DNA of 64,000 nucleotides. Origin: an uncultured Mycobacterium sp. (GTDB taxonomy: Bacteria > Actinomycetota > Actinomycetes > Mycobacteriales > Mycobacteriaceae). The stretch spans positions 7,246-71,245 of the forward strand of contig CAYPTG010000001.1 of the NCBI GenBank assembly GCA_964413455.1. Reading direction: 5' to 3'. A model generated the notes under the pieces. That model did not search any database. It worked only from the letters and a program-made list of their open reading frames with translations, and was not told the DNA's origin. Below, piece after piece: positions 48,889-59,434 of the stretch; position 1 is the stretch's first letter; every line of letters begins with the position of its first letter. The position numbers and the translations under genes were made by a program.

Positions 48889-51302
48889 GCGGCGCGCCGC
48901 CACCCCTGGCCCCCGCCGACGCCGCCACCTCCGCGGCGGCCGGCAATCCGCTGCTGGACTGGTTGAACCTCGTCGACACCGACGGCGGTCTGATCAGCCA
49001 CTACCGCCTAATCCTGGAACCTGGCTTCTACAACATCCTGCACCGCGTCGTCTACAGCGGCCTAGTGGAATTCTGCTACACCGTGTTCTTGGTGCTGGCA
49101 GCGTGGGGAGCCGCCGGCCTGGAACTCATCTTGACCCCCGACCGATGGCTGAGCCCGCTGACTGACTTCTACAACACCGTCACCTCACGCCTCTACCAGA
49201 CCATCCCGCCGCTGGCGATCGTGGCCCTCAGCTTCGGAGCCTTGGTGTTCAGCGTGTTCATGAGGCCTAACCTCACCCCGCCCGGCCCCCCGGGCCGCCC
49301 ACCATCTCAGCCACCGCGGGGCTGGCTGGAGCAATGGGCACCGTCCAACACACAGATCAGCACAGCCCAGTGGAACCGGCTGGGCTCAGGCATGGTGCTG
49401 ATGGCCCTCGTGGTCATCCTCATCGCCAACCCGTTCAAACTGATTCAGAACGTCGTCAACGCGGTTGTGGCCGTGGCCTCCGAACTGACCTTCACCGCCA
49501 CCGACGGCGGAGCGGCAACCTACGCTGCCCGCGGGGTCACCGACATCCTTCGCACCGTCACCTTCATGATCAACTACCGCGACCTGCTGGCCCCCGAATG
49601 CGCCCAACAGTGGTCACAGACCATCAACGCCGGCGGCGCCAATCCGTCGTGCCTGACCCACCAGCAGTACGCCGCCGCCGACCCAGACATGTGGACGGTG
49701 GTGATGGCGCTGCTAGCCATCCCCATCGCCTGGGGGATCGCGAAGTTCCTGTGGGTGGTCGCCAAGGCCCTGTTCAACCACCTCGGCCTGACGGTCGTCT
49801 ACCTCATCGGCGCGACCTGGGTCGCCGCCGCCACGATCGCCCGCCGCCGGCCCTACGACCCGCTGGTCACCCTGGCCGCCAAGTTCGGTGAACACTTCCT
49901 CATCACCGTGGGAGTCCTATTCACCACCGCCGCCGGCCCCGCGCTCTTCGTACGCATCTTCACCGATGTCGGGTCATTCCTGCCCATGGTGCTGCAAGTT
50001 CCCCTGGTCTCGCTGGCGTTCTATGTCAGTGCGAAACTGATCGAGAAGATCCTGAGCAACCGCGGCCAACTCGTCGACCTGTTCAGTGACCGCATCAAGA
50101 AATCTGAAACCTGGACCAACCTCTACAACCTCAAAGCCGACCAGAAGACCGTCACCGGGCAGCTGATGCCGATGCCGAGCTACGACCAGCTCGCCGCCCC
50201 CTTCACCTGGGCCACCGGTCAGTACCAGCAAGCGCAGCAATGGACGCAGCAGCGCTGGGCCCAAGTCCGCGCCGACCTCGCCGGCGCTCCGACCGCCGCG
50301 CCCCCGCCCGACGCCACCCAGGAAGGCCAGTCCATGACCGTCCACGTCCAGCCCGACACCCCGGAAAGCCTTGGCGCCCAACGCCGAATCAGTCTCGGCC
50401 AGGCCACTGCCCCGACCCCTGCCGCCCCGCTCCTTGACCCCGACCGCCCCGAGGACCCTTGGCCTGAAGCCCCGCTCGCCGGGGCCTCCACACCCACCCC
50501 ACCACCGCCGCTGCACGACTCGTCGTCCCCGCCGGACCACGACCCCGCAGCACACCCCGTCCCCGCCGCGGCGCCCATTGCACTGGTCGCCGCCGACGGC
50601 ACCATCCACGCCGTTGAGCCCGCCGGTCCTGACACCCCCCCGGGCGCCCCGGGATACGCGTGGGAACGCGGCGGAATACCACACTTCGCCCCTTCCGCCG
50701 TGCCACTGTCCCTGCCCGCCGCGCCGCGTCTGGACCCCCCCGCCCAACGCGCCGGCATCGCCACCGACCAGCACGCCACCCCGCCGCCCGCCCCACCCTC
50801 GACGACCCCGCCCGCTGATCTCACCGGTCCCACCGACTCTCCCGCCGAACACCGCCCGGCCACCGACTACGACCCGGTACTGCGCCGCGACGCGGACCTG
50901 CGCCGCATCGCCGATGCCCTGCGCACCGAAACCGGCCGGCTCCCCGGAATCCCCAGACCCGACACCCGCCCCGACGACAACCACCTTCTCGCCGCCGCGG
51001 CACGCAACTACCACCCCGCGACCGACCCCGCCGGTCACCCCGTTGCACCCATCGCACTGGCCGGCCAGCACGCCCCGCCGCCCCGCCAGCCCCGCCGGGA
51101 TCTACGCTCCGTGCTGGCCTCGGCGCAATGGCTGCACAACGTCCAGCGTGCCAAGAACCTGCTGGCAGCCCGGGGGGTCACGGCCCAGCCCCGATTGTCA
51201 GAGGCCGCGCTGAGCGCGCAGCGAATTCTGTTCACCCGCGACAGCCAAGGCCGCGTAGTCGTACGCCGGAAAAATGACCGTGGATTCGGAGACTCACTGT
51301 GA
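48885..51302 (+). CDS. polytopic membrane protein, VirB6/TcpH-like, with Pro-rich C-terminus
   Basis: Multiple TMs; GTGA overlap with virB4. Confidence 0.7.
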   Translation: MSGAPPPLAPADAATSAAAGNPLLDWLNLVDTDGGLISHYRLILEPGFYNILHRVVYSGLVEFCYTVFLVLAAWGAAGLELILTPDRWLSPLTDFYNTVTSRLYQTIPPLAIVALSFGALVFSVFMRPNLTPPGPPGRPPSQPPRGWLEQWAPSNTQISTAQWNRLGSGMVLMALVVILIANPFKLIQNVVNAVVAVASELTFTATDGGAATYAARGVTDILRTVTFMINYRDLLAPECAQQWSQTINAGGANPSCLTHQQYAAADPDMWTVVMALLAIPIAWGIAKFLWVVAKALFNHLGLTVVYLIGATWVAAATIARRRPYDPLVTLAAKFGEHFLITVGVLFTTAAGPALFVRIFTDVGSFLPMVLQVPLVSLAFYVSAKLIEKILSNRGQLVDLFSDRIKKSETWTNLYNLKADQKTVTGQLMPMPSYDQLAAPFTWATGQYQQAQQWTQQRWAQVRADLAGAPTAAPPPDATQEGQSMTVHVQPDTPESLGAQRRISLGQATAPTPAAPLLDPDRPEDPWPEAPLAGASTPTPPPPLHDSSSPPDHDPAAHPVPAAAPIALVAADGTIHAVEPAGPDTPPGAPGYAWERGGIPHFAPSAVPLSLPAAPRLDPPAQRAGIATDQHATPPPAPPSTTPPADLTGPTDSPAEHRPATDYDPVLRRDADLRRIADALRTETGRLPGIPRPDTRPDDNHLLAAAARNYHPATDPAGHPVAPIALAGQHAPPPRQPRRDLRSVLASAQWLHNVQRAKNLLAARGVTAQPRLSEAALSAQRILFTRDSQGRVVVRRKNDRGFGDSL

Positions 51303-53266
51303 CAATCCCCGACGCAGCAAATGTAAACTTCGCCGTATATAACCCGGATCGGGAAGCTGAGGACATGAAATACAACACCAACGAACTCGCCGGTGACGCA
51401 CTGCAGGAGGCCGCCGACAAGTTCAAGGCCGCCCGCCCCGCCGACAGCACCCCGCCGCCGCAGCCCGGCCCCGCCACCGACGACGCAGCCGACCCCCTCG
51501 TTGTCGAGGCCGACCCCGACTACACCTCCGACGAAGATCACCACAACGGACTCCCTGCAGCCGTTCTAGCCGACGCTCCTGCGCCCACCGGCCTCTCGGA
51601 GGCGCTGGCGGTGCAATCAACCCTCGACGGGTCGGTGCCGAGCCCGGCCGATTCTGCGGCCACAATCATCGTCCCGCCGACCCCGCCCGCTGCCCCGCCT
51701 GCCCCGCCCACTCTCCTCGACGGCTATCGCGACATCCAGCCGTCCCCGCCGACCCCCACTCCGCCGCCGACGGCTCAGCCAATCGTCCCCACCCCGCCGG
51801 CGCCACTCACCCAACCCCCGGCCCCGCCGGCGCCCCCGGCTGTCTCGACCCCCGCCCTGCCACCCACCCCGGCAGGCCCATACCGGGCGCACCCCCCCGC
51901 GCCGGCCGCCACCGGCCCTGCCTTCACCCCGCCCGCGCCAACCCCGGCGAACTGGGTGCAGCCCACCGACCCTCAGCCCCCGGCCCCCGGCGCCCCACAG
52001 CCCTGGGTGCAGCAACCCGAGGCCACTCCGCCCCCGCCGCCCACCGCCCCGCCGGCGTGGGTGCAGCAGCCCCCGCCCGAACCAGCCCCACCGCAGCCCG
52101 GGTGGGTGCAGTCCCCAGAACCGGACCCCACCGCCCCACCCCGCAGTTGGGCCTCCCAACCCCCGGAGTGGTCGGCGCACCCCGACTGGGCGGCCTCCCC
52201 GCCGCCGGCCACCCCGCCGCCCCCGCCGCGCTGGGGGCAACAGGCCGCCCCCCAGCCGCACTACCCGCACGATCAGCACGCCGCGCCGGACCGCCCGGTG
52301 ACACCGCCGCCGACAACCCGCCGAGCGCCCATGCAGCCCCCGCCGCCTCCGCTGCTCGGTTCGGCCAAGAACGACCACGCCTTCGCCTTGCAAGACGAAC
52401 GCCGTGAAGGCCCACGGCAGGGGTTGCGCGCGGCGCTGCACCGCTTGCACCTGCCGGTCGGCAAGAGCGCCGCCGAACTGGCCTACGACCGCGACATCGC
52501 CCTCATCAACAAGGCGGTCCGCTACTCCAAGACCATCGGGTTCGCCACATTCAAAGGCGGCGTGGGTAAGACCACGTGCTGCCTGTGCCTGGCATCGACA
52601 ATCGCCGAACACCGCACCAAAGGGGAAGTGGTGGCGATCGACACCGACGATCGAGGCTCCCTAGCCCGCCGTGTGCGCGGCGACCAGCACAGCGACATCT
52701 TTCAATTCGTCGCCGACCCTGATCTGCAAACACCCAACGAGGTCAAGAGCCACATGATGTCCAACGCGCATCGGCTCTCGGTCCTGGGTTCAAGCTCGTC
52801 CGGGCTTGCCAACGCGCTGCAGCCTCTCGAATACATTCGGGCACTGGAGATCCTGCAGAACAACCACCTGTTCGTGTGTGTGGACATGGACACCTCCGCG
52901 GCCAGCCCGGCCTACGAGACGATCATGCACAGCCTCGACGCGCTGGTGCTGGTCATCTCCACATCGCTGGACAGCGCCGAGGCGGGCCGGGACCTGCGGG
53001 AATGGATCCGGGCCCGCGACTTGCAGCACGTGGCGGCCAACACGCTGGTGCTGATCAACCATCAGAGCCCCGCAAAGCCGTTCCTCGACCTCGACGGCAC
53101 AGCGTCCTACTTCCGCAACACCGAGTCCTGCGAAGTCCTCGAAATCCCTTGGGATGAGCACCTTTCCGAAGCCGGACCGGTCTCCTTGGACCTACTCAAC
53201 AAGGGCACTCGCCGCCAGTTCGTGAAAGCCGCGGCGACGATCCTCGAAATGCTGCCATCCACCTGA
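51299..53266 (+). CDS. espI: EspI-like MinD/ParA ATPase with Pro-rich N-terminus
   Basis: TFKGGVGKTT, IPWDEHL; long polyproline region. Confidence 0.85.
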   Translation: MTIPDAANVNFAVYNPDREAEDMKYNTNELAGDALQEAADKFKAARPADSTPPPQPGPATDDAADPLVVEADPDYTSDEDHHNGLPAAVLADAPAPTGLSEALAVQSTLDGSVPSPADSAATIIVPPTPPAAPPAPPTLLDGYRDIQPSPPTPTPPPTAQPIVPTPPAPLTQPPAPPAPPAVSTPALPPTPAGPYRAHPPAPAATGPAFTPPAPTPANWVQPTDPQPPAPGAPQPWVQQPEATPPPPPTAPPAWVQQPPPEPAPPQPGWVQSPEPDPTAPPRSWASQPPEWSAHPDWAASPPPATPPPPPRWGQQAAPQPHYPHDQHAAPDRPVTPPPTTRRAPMQPPPPPLLGSAKNDHAFALQDERREGPRQGLRAALHRLHLPVGKSAAELAYDRDIALINKAVRYSKTIGFATFKGGVGKTTCCLCLASTIAEHRTKGEVVAIDTDDRGSLARRVRGDQHSDIFQFVADPDLQTPNEVKSHMMSNAHRLSVLGSSSSGLANALQPLEYIRALEILQNNHLFVCVDMDTSAASPAYETIMHSLDALVLVISTSLDSAEAGRDLREWIRARDLQHVAANTLVLINHQSPAKPFLDLDGTASYFRNTESCEVLEIPWDEHLSEAGPVSLDLLNKGTRRQFVKAAATILEMLPST

Positions 53267-53316
53267 AAACCATTACCGCACAACACCGCACGCAAGAGAA
53301 GGGGGCACCCACTACC

Positions 53317-53607
53317 ATGACTGCATCCGTCGTCACCGACCGCACCGCGATCGCCGATGTCATCGCCACCGGACTGAACGAACTCGACACCCTGCGCTCC
53401 CTGCAGGCCGAGGCCGATAAGCGGGTCACCGACGCCCAAGTCGTCGCCGCCAACGCCGCCGACGCCTACGCCTCCAAGATCGAGGAAGTGCTCGCCACCG
53501 GCTGGGCTACAGCCGAAGGCCTTGCCGCGCAAGGCCATCAGATCCCCAAGGGCCGCCGGGCGAAAGCCCGCACCGCGCCTGCCGAGCCCTCCGCGGCCGA
53601 CAAGTAG
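53317..53607 (+). CDS. hypothetical helical protein
   Basis: 96 aa with RBS. Confidence 0.7.
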   Translation: MTASVVTDRTAIADVIATGLNELDTLRSLQAEADKRVTDAQVVAANAADAYASKIEEVLATGWATAEGLAAQGHQIPKGRRAKARTAPAEPSAADK

Positions 53608-53657
53608 ACAACCCGATTCGCAGCCCGCCCAGCCCGTATGAGTGAAATGAGTCCCCG

Positions 53658-55142
53658 GTGCCTGTAACAGACCTTGAAGCCCGCGTGCAGATCACCGTGC
53701 CCGGTCACGTTATCGACGTGCCCATGTCCAACAACATGCTCATCGGAGACTGCCTGGCCGAACTGATCCCGTTCCTGCGCAACGAATTAGATCGCCGAGG
53801 CAAAGACACTGAATGGCTCGACGACACCACCGCACACTGGGTGCTGCGCCGCCCGTTCCGCGCCGCCCACCTCGATGAAGAGAAAACTCTCCAACAAGAA
53901 GGAATCCTCGACGGATCCCGACTCCTGCTGGTCAAGAAAACGCCGGGGGAGAAGTACCCGCCCCTGATCGACGACGTCGCCGAAGCCATCAGCTACTGGC
54001 TCAAATTGTTCTACCGATCCTGGGACAGCCAAATCGCTCAACGCGTCGCGCTGGCCGTCCTGCCCGTGGTGGTCGCCGCGCTGGGCCTGCTGGCCAACTA
54101 CTGGGCACACGCGACCTCGCCCGCCATCACCGCCCGCGCCGCGGTATGCGGCGCGTTGGCCGCCCCCGCCGTTGCCGTCGGGGCCCTGGCCGTCGTCATC
54201 GTCCGCAGCCGCAAAGACGCCTACCAGCGACTGGTCGTCCCGCTGCTGATCATCACCTATCTCCTGGTCGGTGCGGCAGCTCTGGCGATCACCCCGCGAC
54301 CGCTGGGCGTCCCGCAACTTGTCGTGGCCGGCGCCGCCCTGTTCACCTTGGCTGTCGCCCTCGTGACCCTGACCCGATCTGCCCCGCGATTGAACTACGG
54401 GGTCGCCACCGGCGCCCTAGTCATCACCGCGGTCGCCGCCTTGAACATGGCCTACCACTCCACGACCGCAGTGATGTGCTGCCAGCTGATCGCCGTGTCC
54501 TTCGCGGTGGTGCTGCTGGCCAACACCGTCGCCCGAGCCCTGGCCCGCATCTCGCTGCCGTATGTGCCGACACGGGGAGAAGATTTCGACCCCGGCGTCC
54601 CGCGAGCAGGTGACCTCGACGTCGGCGGCTTGCCGATCGACGGGCAGGCAAACGAGTCGGTGTTCAACCAGGAAGAGCAGATCCGCACTGCCTACGACTG
54701 CACCGTCGGCATCCTGGCCGGCGCCCTGATCCCTGCGGTCGTCGCCGCCTGGTTCATGGGCCACACCCTCGACAACCACCAGTGGCTGTTGACCGTGTTC
54801 GCCGTGATCTTCGCCGTGAACATGGTGTTTCGTGGCCGCAGCTACGAAGATGCCCTCACCCAGGGGGTGCTGCTGGTGTCGGCAGCCGCATTCCTGGTGT
54901 CCTACGCGGCCGGCTTGATCATCTCCCCACTGATCGCCGACAACCTCACCCGCTCCATCCTTGTGCTGACCGTTCTGCTGGCCTCATCCGTCGTCGCGAC
55001 CGTCTACGCTGTCCAGGAACGCCGCATCCTGAGCCCCGTGGTGAACAAGGCCCTGCAAACCGTCGAAGCGCTCACCTACACCAGCGTGTTCCCGCTCGTC
55101 GCGTTCGCCATGGATGCCTTCTCCAAAGCCCGTAACCGATGA
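53658..55142 (+). CDS. eccD: type VII secretion integral membrane protein EccD
   Basis: Ubiquitin-like N-terminus (TLQQEGILDGSRL, PLIDDVAEAI) followed by many TMs. Confidence 0.93.
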   Translation: MPVTDLEARVQITVPGHVIDVPMSNNMLIGDCLAELIPFLRNELDRRGKDTEWLDDTTAHWVLRRPFRAAHLDEEKTLQQEGILDGSRLLLVKKTPGEKYPPLIDDVAEAISYWLKLFYRSWDSQIAQRVALAVLPVVVAALGLLANYWAHATSPAITARAAVCGALAAPAVAVGALAVVIVRSRKDAYQRLVVPLLIITYLLVGAAALAITPRPLGVPQLVVAGAALFTLAVALVTLTRSAPRLNYGVATGALVITAVAALNMAYHSTTAVMCCQLIAVSFAVVLLANTVARALARISLPYVPTRGEDFDPGVPRAGDLDVGGLPIDGQANESVFNQEEQIRTAYDCTVGILAGALIPAVVAAWFMGHTLDNHQWLLTVFAVIFAVNMVFRGRSYEDALTQGVLLVSAAAFLVSYAAGLIISPLIADNLTRSILVLTVLLASSVVATVYAVQERRILSPVVNKALQTVEALTYTSVFPLVAFAMDAFSKARNR

Positions 55143-56518
55143 CCGCCCGCCGTTTCGCCGCCGCCGCAGCAGCAGCCCTGACGGTTGCCCTGACCGCCCC
55201 GCCCGCCGCCGCGATCCCGCCGCCGGTGATCGACCCGGCGGTCGACATCGCCCCTCCCGACACCGACCCGGCTCCCGCCTGGCCGATGAAACCCATCTCG
55301 GTGTGCGCGACGTCAGCGGTTCTGGCTGATTCCCAATTCGAATCCATCCCCGCCTCGGCGGCATTCGGAGTCAACGAGCTGCACAACTTCGCCCGCGGCG
55401 ACGGCCAAATCGTCGCCGTCATCGACTCCGGTGTCCAACCCGTAAGCCGACTTCCCCGCCTCCGCGGCGGCGGAGACTACATCCTCTCCGGCGACGGACT
55501 GTCCGACTGCGACCACCACGGCACCCTGGTGGCCGGCATCATCGCCGCCGCCCCCGCCCCCGGCGACGCCTTCATCGGAGTCGCCCCCGGCGCCGAAATC
55601 GTGTCCATCCGCCAGACCAGCGCCGCCTTCGGCGAAGACCGCCCACCGCAGGGCCGCACCGAAGCCGACCGCTCCGCAGCCAACCTCATGACCCTTGCCA
55701 AATCGATCGTCCACGCCGCCAACCTCGGCGCCACCGTCATCAACATCTCCGTCACCGCCTGCGTCGACGCCGGCAGCCCCGTAGACCTGCGGTCGATCGC
55801 CGGCGCCCTGCACTACGCGGCAGTTGAAAAAAACGCGGTCATCATCGCCGCCGCCGGCAACACCGGCGGACAAACCTGCCAACCCAACCCCGGCTACAGC
55901 CCCGCCAACCCCGCCGACCCCCGAAACTGGGACGCCGTGGTGTCAGTTTCCCTGCCCTCATACTTCTCCGACCTAGTCCTCTCCGTCGCCGGCAGCGACC
56001 TCACCGGCGCCCCCTACGTCAACACCATGTCAGGCCCCTGGGTGTCGGTGGCAGCCCCCGGAATGAACATCGTGTCCCTAGACCCCACCGAACCCAAACC
56101 CAAAGCCCTCACCAACGCCGCCCTGGTCAAAGGCGTCCCCACCCCACTAAATGGCACCAGCTTCTCCGCCGCCTATGTCGCCGGCCTGGCCGCACTAATC
56201 CGCGAAAAACACCCCACCCTGACCGCACGCCAAGTCGCCAACCGAATCATCGCCACCGCCCACACCCCCGCCGGCGGCCTCAACAACACCCTCGGCGCCG
56301 GCATCGTCGACGCCGCGGCAGCCCTGACCGCCGACCTCCCACCCGGAGAAACTCTCGCCCCAGGAATCCCCAGCGCCAAAGTCCCCGCCCCACAAGCCCC
56401 ACCACCGCCGGACCACACCGCACGCAACGCCGCCCTCATCGCACTCGGATCGGCGCTAGCAGTGCTGTTCACCATCGGACTGATCGTCTTCGCGGGCAGG
56501 AAAGGCGCTGACACATGA
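55139..56518 (+). CDS. mycP: mycosin subtilisin-like protease
   Basis: VAVIDSG, HHGTLVAG, GTSFSAA catalytic triad; signal peptide; C-terminal TM. Confidence 0.96.
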   Translation: MTARRFAAAAAAALTVALTAPPAAAIPPPVIDPAVDIAPPDTDPAPAWPMKPISVCATSAVLADSQFESIPASAAFGVNELHNFARGDGQIVAVIDSGVQPVSRLPRLRGGGDYILSGDGLSDCDHHGTLVAGIIAAAPAPGDAFIGVAPGAEIVSIRQTSAAFGEDRPPQGRTEADRSAANLMTLAKSIVHAANLGATVINISVTACVDAGSPVDLRSIAGALHYAAVEKNAVIIAAAGNTGGQTCQPNPGYSPANPADPRNWDAVVSVSLPSYFSDLVLSVAGSDLTGAPYVNTMSGPWVSVAAPGMNIVSLDPTEPKPKALTNAALVKGVPTPLNGTSFSAAYVAGLAALIREKHPTLTARQVANRIIATAHTPAGGLNNTLGAGIVDAAAALTADLPPGETLAPGIPSAKVPAPQAPPPPDHTARNAALIALGSALAVLFTIGLIVFAGRKGADT

Positions 56519-58233
56519 ACCGCCACCTAGGAATCGACCTCAACCTCCCCGCACTACTAGTCACCGCCACACTCGCACTACTCACCGGCCTCGCGCTGTC
56601 CGCAGCGGGAATAACCCACCCCGCGCTCTGGATCGCCGTGAACCTACTCATCGCCGCGCTCGGGCTGATGACCTACAGATCCCGCACCGCAGCCGGATGG
56701 CTACACCGCAGACTGACCTACCGCCGTCGAGACCACAAGCCCACGACAGTGCTTTCCACCGCCGGCGTGGGCATCCGATGGGACGGCCAGCGGGCCCTGG
56801 CCTACATCGAAATCCTGCCCGCCCCATACGAATCCACCATCATCGGCGCCGACCACGAAACCACGGCCCAAACCATCCCGGTCGACGTCATCCGAGACGA
56901 ACTCGTCCAATTCGACATCCACTGTGACGCAGTCACGCTCATCACCACCGGCCACAAATTCCATCGGCCCACCGACCTCGCCGTCATCTACCACGCCGCC
57001 CTCGGCCCGACCCCCGTCCTACTCCACGGTAGAACCTTCATCGAAATCGCCGTCGCGCTGTCTGGATCGCTAGACAGCGTGTACGCCCGATCCGGCAACG
57101 ACGGCATCCCCACCGGCATCGTCCGCACCGTTTCGGTTGCCGCAGAACGCATCCGGCGCCGGCTCATCGGCGAAGGAATCCACGCCCAACTACTCAGCCC
57201 CTCAGAAGCCACCGAAATCGCCAACACCCTGACCCGCCAGTTCACCGACGCTATCGACAACGAACACTGGGACTCAGCCGGCCCGGCCGCCATGCGCACC
57301 GTCGGATTCTCCGTCGCCAAACACGCCTGGACCGCAGACAACTACCGGCAATGGTGCCGCCTCAACGCCCACCGACAATTACACGCCGTCCGCCTGGAAC
57401 GCCACCGCGGAAACGACTACGCCCAAATGTATCTCGCGTTTCAAACCAACGACCCAGCCGCAATCTCCACCGTCGCCGCACTCGGCCTACGCCGCGAATA
57501 CGGCCAACAAACAGACATCCTCAGCACCGCCCTACCCGGCCTACGCACCACCTTGCCCACCGCGGTCCCGGCACAGTCACTCGACGACACAACAACATTC
57601 CCCATCCCCCTCATCGCCGGAGGAGCCGGAACCTTCCTCGGCCACACCAAATCCCGGGCACAGGTATTCGTCAACTTCAGCCACGGGAGCACCCCCTTCT
57701 ACATCATCAGCCCCGCCGCGCTGTGCCAACAACTATTGCTCCGCCTGGCCACCAGCGGACAAACCATCGACATCAACATCGACGGACCCGAATGGAAAAC
57801 CTTCGCCGACCGCATCGGCGCAACCCACAACACCAACCCGGCCGCCGACGTCATCGTCACTGCCGACACACCACCCCGCCAACAAGCATTCCCCACCCAG
57901 GCCCGACTTGTATGGACCACGACCGCCCCCACCGACCGGCCTGATTACGCCATCGTCGCCGGACCACAAGAATGCTCGCTCTACACCCCAACCAGCGTCA
58001 CCCACTACCTCTGGTCGACATCCTCCGCCGAAGAGGCCTACTTCACCACCCCCGCGCCCGGCCAACGAGCCGTCCGCACCCCCGCCGTCCCACCGCCACC
58101 CCCGCTAACCCCACCACCGCCGCCACTGATCCCCACCCGGCGCCGCCCCGAAACCGCAACCCCAGTCGCACCCCGCGCCACCGTCGGCCCACTCATCGCC
58201 CAGGCCAATACGGAGTTCCGCGATGAGCGGTGA
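56515..58233 (+). CDS. eccE: type VII secretion protein EccE
   Basis: Two N-terminal TMs, GIRWDG, LVQFDI; follows mycP with ATGA overlap. Confidence 0.9.
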   Translation: MNRHLGIDLNLPALLVTATLALLTGLALSAAGITHPALWIAVNLLIAALGLMTYRSRTAAGWLHRRLTYRRRDHKPTTVLSTAGVGIRWDGQRALAYIEILPAPYESTIIGADHETTAQTIPVDVIRDELVQFDIHCDAVTLITTGHKFHRPTDLAVIYHAALGPTPVLLHGRTFIEIAVALSGSLDSVYARSGNDGIPTGIVRTVSVAAERIRRRLIGEGIHAQLLSPSEATEIANTLTRQFTDAIDNEHWDSAGPAAMRTVGFSVAKHAWTADNYRQWCRLNAHRQLHAVRLERHRGNDYAQMYLAFQTNDPAAISTVAALGLRREYGQQTDILSTALPGLRTTLPTAVPAQSLDDTTTFPIPLIAGGAGTFLGHTKSRAQVFVNFSHGSTPFYIISPAALCQQLLLRLATSGQTIDINIDGPEWKTFADRIGATHNTNPAADVIVTADTPPRQQAFPTQARLVWTTTAPTDRPDYAIVAGPQECSLYTPTSVTHYLWSTSSAEEAYFTTPAPGQRAVRTPAVPPPPPLTPPPPPLIPTRRRPETATPVAPRATVGPLIAQANTEFRDER

Positions 58234-58426
58234 AGCGAAGACCCTGGCACGCGAGGAGTACACAAGTCTGAGCAGTCAGGGCTTGGGCCACGCCGGCATC
58301 GCGGCGTCGCTGGAGGTGGAGACTCAGGCGACGTGGCCGGATACGCACTGGCATATACACGCCGGTCCACACGGTGCCACGGTGCTCAGTCCGCGCAACG
58401 CCGCGCCCCGCGGTTGGGCGTCATGA
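58223..58426 (+). CDS. small hypothetical protein
   Basis: Overlaps the eccE stop and the next ATG. Confidence 0.45.
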   Translation: MSGEAKTLAREEYTSLSSQGLGHAGIAASLEVETQATWPDTHWHIHAGPHGATVLSPRNAAPRGWAS

Positions 58427-58776
58427 GCGATCAACTCGACGATCTCGCCGGCTGCTTCCGCGACGGTTACGACTCCGACGACATCCAGCGGGTGTTCGCG
58501 CGCGTCCACGAGCAGACCGGAGTGTGGCTGCTCTGCGTGTGGGAATACTTCGACGACATCGGCTACGGCGGGGACTCGGAGTTCTTCCTAATCTCCGGGT
58601 CAGGCTCCGTCCACGAGCTGGATGGGCAACTGTGGCCGTGGCTGTGGGGAGGGAGTGACGAAGCCCCAGGCGGTCCCGGCTCCCCGGAGTCGTGGGTCGG
58701 CGCGCCCGCACCGGGGACCATCGCCGAATTGTCCGGCGATGGACTGGGAAACGCAGCTGTCGAGAACCGCACCTGA
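58423..58776 (+). CDS. acidic hypothetical protein
   Basis: ATGA-coupled; Trp/Asp-rich. Confidence 0.6.
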   Translation: MSDQLDDLAGCFRDGYDSDDIQRVFARVHEQTGVWLLCVWEYFDDIGYGGDSEFFLISGSGSVHELDGQLWPWLWGGSDEAPGGPGSPESWVGAPAPGTIAELSGDGLGNAAVENRT

Positions 58777-58844
58777 GATCCGCGCGATGAGGCTGTCAGC
58801 TGTTGCGGTGTGAGTGGTCGGTGGTGTGCTGTAGGAACAGGTGC

Positions 58845-59431
58845 ATGAATCTGGCGGTGTGGGCTGAGCGCAACGGTGTTGCGCGGGTCACCGCGTATCG
58901 CTGGTTTCGGGCGGGGTTGTTGCCGGTCCCGGCGCAACGGGTGGGTCGGTTGATCCTGGTTGACGGGTCGGTGGCGGAGGCTGGCCGGCCCGGGCAGACG
59001 GTGGTGTACGCGAGGGGGTCGTCGGCGGTTCAGAAGTCTGATCTGGATCGGCAAGTCGCCAGGGTGACTGTGTGGGCCACCGGTCAGCAGATTCGGGTGG
59101 ACAAGGTGGTCATCGAGGTCGGGTCGGCGCTGAACGGGCATCGCCGCAAGTTCCTTGTGCGCTGCTGCGCGATCCGGCGGTCACACGGATCGTGGTCGAG
59201 CATCGGGATCGGTTCTGCCGGTTCGGTTCTGAGTACGTGGAGGCGGCTCTTGCCGCCCAGGGCCGGGAGCTGCTGGTGGTCGATTCCGTTGAGGTCGACG
59301 ACGATCTGGTGCGCGATATGACGGAGATCCTGACGTCGATGTGCGCCAGGCTCTACGGCAAACGCGCCGCGGCTAACCGCGCGAAGCGGGCCATCACCGC
59401 TGCCGCCGCCAGCGACGGCGAGGCGGCGTAG
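58845..59431 (+). pseudogene. tnpA: IS607 TnpA serine recombinase, frameshifted
   Basis: MNLAVWAERNGV...YARGSS...RRKFL, then a +2 (GT) insertion near 59156 shifts to ALLRDP...EHRDRFCRFG...ARLYGKR. Confidence 0.85.
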
Positions 59432-59434
59432 CCG

